Shown here: in pieces, positions 59,145 to 64,000 of the stretch | Layout: each line of letters begins with the position of its first letter | Numbering within the stretch: position 1 is the stretch's first letter | The notes under the pieces: generated by a model | The model's database searches: none | What the model saw: the letters and a program-made list of their open reading frames with translations, nothing else | Told to the model about the DNA's origin: nothing | DNA from: Antedon mediterranea | Lineage: Eukaryota; Animalia; Echinodermata | Assembly (NCBI RefSeq): GCF_964355755.1 | Contig: NC_092672.1 | Coordinates: forward strand, 28,340,437 to 28,404,436 | Direction: 5' to 3' | DNA: 64,000 nucleotides | Translations under genes and position numbers: made by a program

Positions 59145-62100
59145 TTTTTTTTGTTTTTTTTTTTTTAATTTTATTTTCTATATTTCATAAAACAGTATAC
59201 ATTACATAACTTGGTTACATTACAAAGTAATACAAAATAATAATAAAGTAACCTTTTCAAGTTACAAAACATATATGGCTATTTTTATACATAAATATCA
59301 ACAGTCTAGCTATTTTTAAAAACAATGTACTTTTCAATTTCTTTATACCTCTCATATACCGATTTAAAGTGATTTATATGAGGTTTTTGTTCGTTAACTT
59401 TGCAGTTATAAATATACAATTTTACAATCAGTATTAAGTTATTAATTGCATGATTATTTCTATGATTTTCAATACCAAAACATATCCTTTCTTTATCTAG
59501 AATCACTTTTCTTTTAAACTGTTGTTCAATAATAACTTGTATTTTCCTCCACATGACATCAATTACTTTGCATTCCACGAACATGTGTATTAAAGTTTAC
59601 TCTTTTTCTAAACAAAATTCACAAATTGGTGATTCAACAATTGATATCTTATGTAGAAAAGAGTTAGTATAAATGATACGGTGAATAAATTTATATTGAA
59701 AGTTTTTAAGTTTCGTATTGATTGTGCATTTATGCAAAGTTGTGAATATCATATCCCATTGCAATTGTGTATTATCCAGTTCCTTTTCCCATCTGGACTC
59801 GATTCTATCGGGCACTGTTGCATATTTTTTAACGAAATGAGAATACAAGTGTTTACAACTTCTTTTTGTTTTCATCAAATTATTTATTTTAGAATTTTCG
59901 ATTATTAAATTTGATGGGTTTGTATCGGTATTCTCAAGTATTGTTTGCTTCCAGTGCCTTGGAATTGAGTGTAAAATTTGATGGTAAAGTAAAAAATTTG
60001 GTTTAAAATTGTATCGTTCTTCGAATTCTTCTAAATTAAGAATTCGGTTGCTATGAGTCAAAATATCTTTAATGTATTTGATATTTTTGTCCCACCAAAC
60101 CTTATTTATACTGAATTCATTGATTTCAAAAAATTTCACCGTTCTCAGTAATAAGTTTTGTAATGTTTTTTTTATTATAATTTCCACGTTCTAAATTTAG
60201 GAAGTATTTCGTATTCTTTTCACCTTCCTCCACATATTTGGCTCTTGATCTAATCATAGAACCACGTGTTTTAAATTCATAAAGTTGTTCAAGTTCATTT
60301 TTTTTATTTGAATTTGTTCGTTTAGTGTTTGATCATTTTTATTGCAAAATTGCTCTTCTAGAATTTTTATTTCATTTTGTAATTTTTTAATGTTATTTTT
60401 TTTTTCATTTTATTTTGTTTACTAGCAAATTTGATTGTTGTTCTTCTTATGTTACATTTTGTCATTTCCCAAATAGTGTTAGGGTTATTTTCTGCACATT
60501 CTATCTTGGTGGTTTTTATTGTTTCTATAATATCCTTCACGTAGTTGGGATCCTGTAATAAACTAGTGTTCAACTTCCAAAAACCAGGGCCTCTGTTGTG
60601 TATCAATCCATTTATTGAAAGTGTTATTAATGAATGATCAGTTTTAAAGCCTGATATAATTGCAGTGTCGCTCACGTGTGCCCATAGAGAATATGAGATA
60701 AGAAAATAATCAATTCTACAAAATATTGGTGGGGAGTGATTTGAGTGCCATGTAAATAATTGTTTCTTTGGGTTCTGTACTCTCCAAATATCAATTAAAT
60801 CTAATTTGTCTATAACTTTATTAATTTGCTCGGTGCATTTTGGATGCGTTTGTCCCTTGCCATGTTTTTTATCGACAGACGAATTCAAAAGCGTATTAAA
60901 ATCACCACCAATGATAATAGGGTTTTTTCCTAATTCCTCAATTTTGTCACATAAAAGTTAAAAAAAGTTACTGTCATCATTATTGGGTCCGTAAATGTTT
61001 GCAATGGTAAATGATTTTTCATTAATTGACATGTTTGCAATGATTATTCTACCATTGTCATCCTGATAAACACTATCAAATTTGTATGTAGCATTCGGTT
61101 TAAAAAGTACACATACTCCGGCAGAATTGGATGTGCCATTACTGAATAATATATTGTGCCTCCATTCTTTTCGCCATGTTGATTCTAATTCGCTTGTGCA
61201 GTGTGTTTCTTGTAAAAAATAAATGGAAAAAGGATGATCATGTAACCAATTAAAAACCGTCCGACGCTTAAACGAGTTTCTTAGGCCCCGTACATTCAAA
61301 CTACATATTTCTACATTTGCCATAGTGATATTATTTTTGGTTTACTTTTCTTTATAATCAATACTACTGTATAACAACGTATTGCTTTAGGGTTAATACT
61401 CATGGCAAGTATGAACACAATATATATACATACACATACACATACACAATTCATACATTAAGGTAGTGATAACATATCTAATATAAAAGTATAAAAACAT
61501 AGTATAGCTTTTAAAAAAAATAAGGTAGCTAGGCCTAAAACTGGATCGACCTATTACCGCTAAACAGCAGCTCCTCATGAGTAAGCATTGTTCCATAATA
61601 AGCGAAAATTAAACATACTATGCCTAGCCTACATATTTCCGGTACTTCACAAGTGAGCGATGTATTATACTTAAGAAGGTAGATAATAAATTGTTTTGGT
61701 GTGGAATTAGAAATTTGATGCATCATTAATAGCATTTACTGGATAAAGGAAAGAGTTTTGATTTTGATAGTTATTAACCAAAATAACCACGGTGTATTTG
61801 GCAATGCCTATCTGCCTGCACTGCATGACGCTGAGTACCGGCATTATGTAGGCAAGAGTATTGTTATTCATGAACGCTATTTTATTGGTTCCTATTGGTT
61901 GATTGATATTAGCAATATTGTCCAAATATGGTATGTCTTGGACGTAGTATTTTTGCCATCGTTTACCGTGTAATCGTCCGTCTGCATTTATAATCTTATA
62001 ACAAATCATTACATTAATTTACAGTTAATAATCAATAGTAATAAACATACATACATTTTTTAAGCAATGAATATCCCTTGAATGATGTTTCAAACGATGG

Positions 62101-62289
62101 TTGCGAACCATCGTATCCGTAGTGATGTTAGCCATACAACTCATTGAGTATGGTATGTTGGCATGTACAGCATTGTTCATGAGCATCGTTCCATTGGTTT
62201 CTATTGTTTGGTTATTCAGCATGTACAAAATATGGTAAACGTAGAGTTTGGCATTTCAGCCATTTGCAACAATTGTTTGATTTTCAGCC
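59145..62289 (-). mobile_element. L1/Tx1-clade LINE, degenerate, RT domain deleted
   Basis: Poly(A) tail (T-run 59142-59166), APE endonuclease (SLNVRGL, LQETH, NIYGPN, RIDY, FWKLN), GEKNTKYF, C-terminal CxxC..H..C. Candidate 17-bp TSD agttgcaacaattgttt at 59128-59144 and 62290-62306; the 5' boundary is less certain. Confidence 0.75.
59306..61323 (-). pseudogene. LINE ORF2 remnant (endonuclease plus C-terminal zinc finger, no RT)
   Basis: ORF fragments 60958-61323, 60367-60888, 59597-60187 and 59306-59584, separated by frameshifts or stops. Confidence 0.85.
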
Positions 62290-62985
62290 AGTTGCAACAA
62301 TTGTTTGATTTTCATTTTCCATACATTTAATAGCCATTTAGTTTTCAAATCAATTATAACAAATCACTATCAGTATGATTTGAAACAAAGATTTCCTTTA
62401 TAATAGTAAATCTGAGGTAAACCAGATGGCAATTCTAATTATGTTATATATTTCGTTTCTTCATATTACCTTAACATTATTATCTTAATATTTCTTACTT
62501 AATTATTTGGCATTTAATTAGCATTAATTATTATATTATATTTTTTGTTTCACTAATCCACTTGTATTATAATTGTAAACCAATAAAGATTCATTCAATA
62601 TATTAACAGTTTTAAGGTGTTTTACATTTGATATGTTCTAATACTTTATATGTTATTAGCATAACATGAATGATTATTTTATCATTGTCGTTATATCTAC
62701 CAGAAGTCATTTTACAAATGTAAGTTTACAATGGTTGTGGTGGCACTGGTTAAACATCTCTAAAAGCAATATTAAGAAACAAATGTATTACGAATCACAT
62801 TTGGTGTAAAAACAATAATCAAAATAATACAAATACATAATACATAGATAGGTATGTATTAATATTTGACGTGTTTACAAATGATCGAAATCGATTATTA
62901 AATAAAGCTTTAAATTACCAATACATTTAACCTATATTTTGTATATAATTTTTTACGTTAAACCATTCATGAATACGTACGTGTG

Positions 62986-63024
62986 CAACGTTTCGACTTG
63001 TTTTCAAAAATCTTCATCTGGCAA
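62986..63024 (-). other. Degenerate Penelope-type minimal hammerhead ribozyme motif
   Basis: The minus strand reads gccagatgaagattt...aagtcgaaacgttg; the CTGATGA core appears mutated to CAGATGA. Confidence 0.35.
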
Positions 63025-64000
63025 TGACTAAATGGAAAATGTTAAATATTTGTTTATCAATTATTAGAAAAAAATTTCACATTGCAAAATCCGAATAATG
63101 AAAGAATTTTTATGGATCAGAAAAAAAACAAAATACCATGAATGGGATGACAGTGGATGTTCAATATATTACAAATGATTTAACGTAAAGAATTATACAG
63201 ATAGTTAATATAAAACATTTTTCGAAAAACAAAATCTACCTTTTAAAGTACATACATAATTTAAAACAACATTAAATATCTAGTAACAAACTCAATACCA
63301 TTTTTAATAGTAGCTGTACTGAGAAGTAATAGGTGTAATTTTTGAGTAAGTAAACTTACATGTTCATATTTCACAGACGTCCCAACTCTCTCTCGAAAAG
63401 TGTTGGCATTTTCCGACTATTGGGTATATCATGCTCTTCTGCTAAATGTCATTCCTTCCGACATTTTGGGTAAACCGAAGAATTATCTCGATATGTATAC
63501 ATTGTGAATAAACTAGATAGTGATGAAATAATAGAAAATATACTAAAATCGACCTTTGATTATTCACTATTATAGATGTATTTTTAAACTTTTATAGCGC
63601 CCCCATGTATTATACCTTAATTTATCTTATGAAGACGTCAAGTATTAACAATTTCGTTCCCGATAATTTCAATTACAATTGACGTAGACCCAACGCAAGC
63701 AAATTGACCAATGACAAGTGACTGTTCAAATTATCCGTTGATTGTGATTAGTCAACTCGCTTACGTCATTGCGTTGTATCTCCTCATAAAAAACCTGGAA
63801 TCGCTATTGATCATTTACATGTTCACCCACAAAAATGTGTCTTAATTCAATTAGGTTTGTACGACCATACCAAGTAATACACCATACCGTGTCGGTCTCC
63901 CATGAGTTAACCAAAGTCGGCTTCATGACGAATTTTATTATCACGTGACCCATTTTAAAAAAACCCATAAGAACGGAATCTTTATTAAATGGTATCGTGG

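Noticed and set aside
61393-62228. LINE ORF1 among the short minus-strand ORFs
   Set aside because: No coiled-coil, RRM or zinc-knuckle features; the frames are short and low-complexity.

Overview
AT-rich eukaryotic genomic DNA with GT-AG introns. The repeat families point to an invertebrate metazoan, possibly an echinoderm; that assignment is inference only. The left ~36 kb holds a + strand ephexin/SGEF (ARHGEF26/16-like) RhoGEF gene. I reconstructed 18 phase-compatible exons (462-35692) ending in DH-PH-SH3 domains, with a very large disordered N-terminus rich in Tyr and Pro motifs and two candidate internal first exons. Its introns carry a Sola2 DNA transposon interrupted by a tRNA-derived SINE, several MITEs (Kolobok-, piggyBac-, hAT- and Harbinger-like), nested LINE fragments, and a 30x24-bp array made from a SINE Pol III B-box. 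The right part holds a very young full-length BEL/Pao LTR retrotransposon (39595-46150) with one nonsense codon, and a ~9.3-kb palindrome (47539-56872) whose arms carry arm-specific insertions: a minimal LTR-21bp-LTR element and a MULE-like element. It also holds a small death-domain gene or pseudogene and an RT-deleted L1/Tx1-type LINE. No prokaryotic systems or CRISPR arrays are present. All alignments were done by eye.
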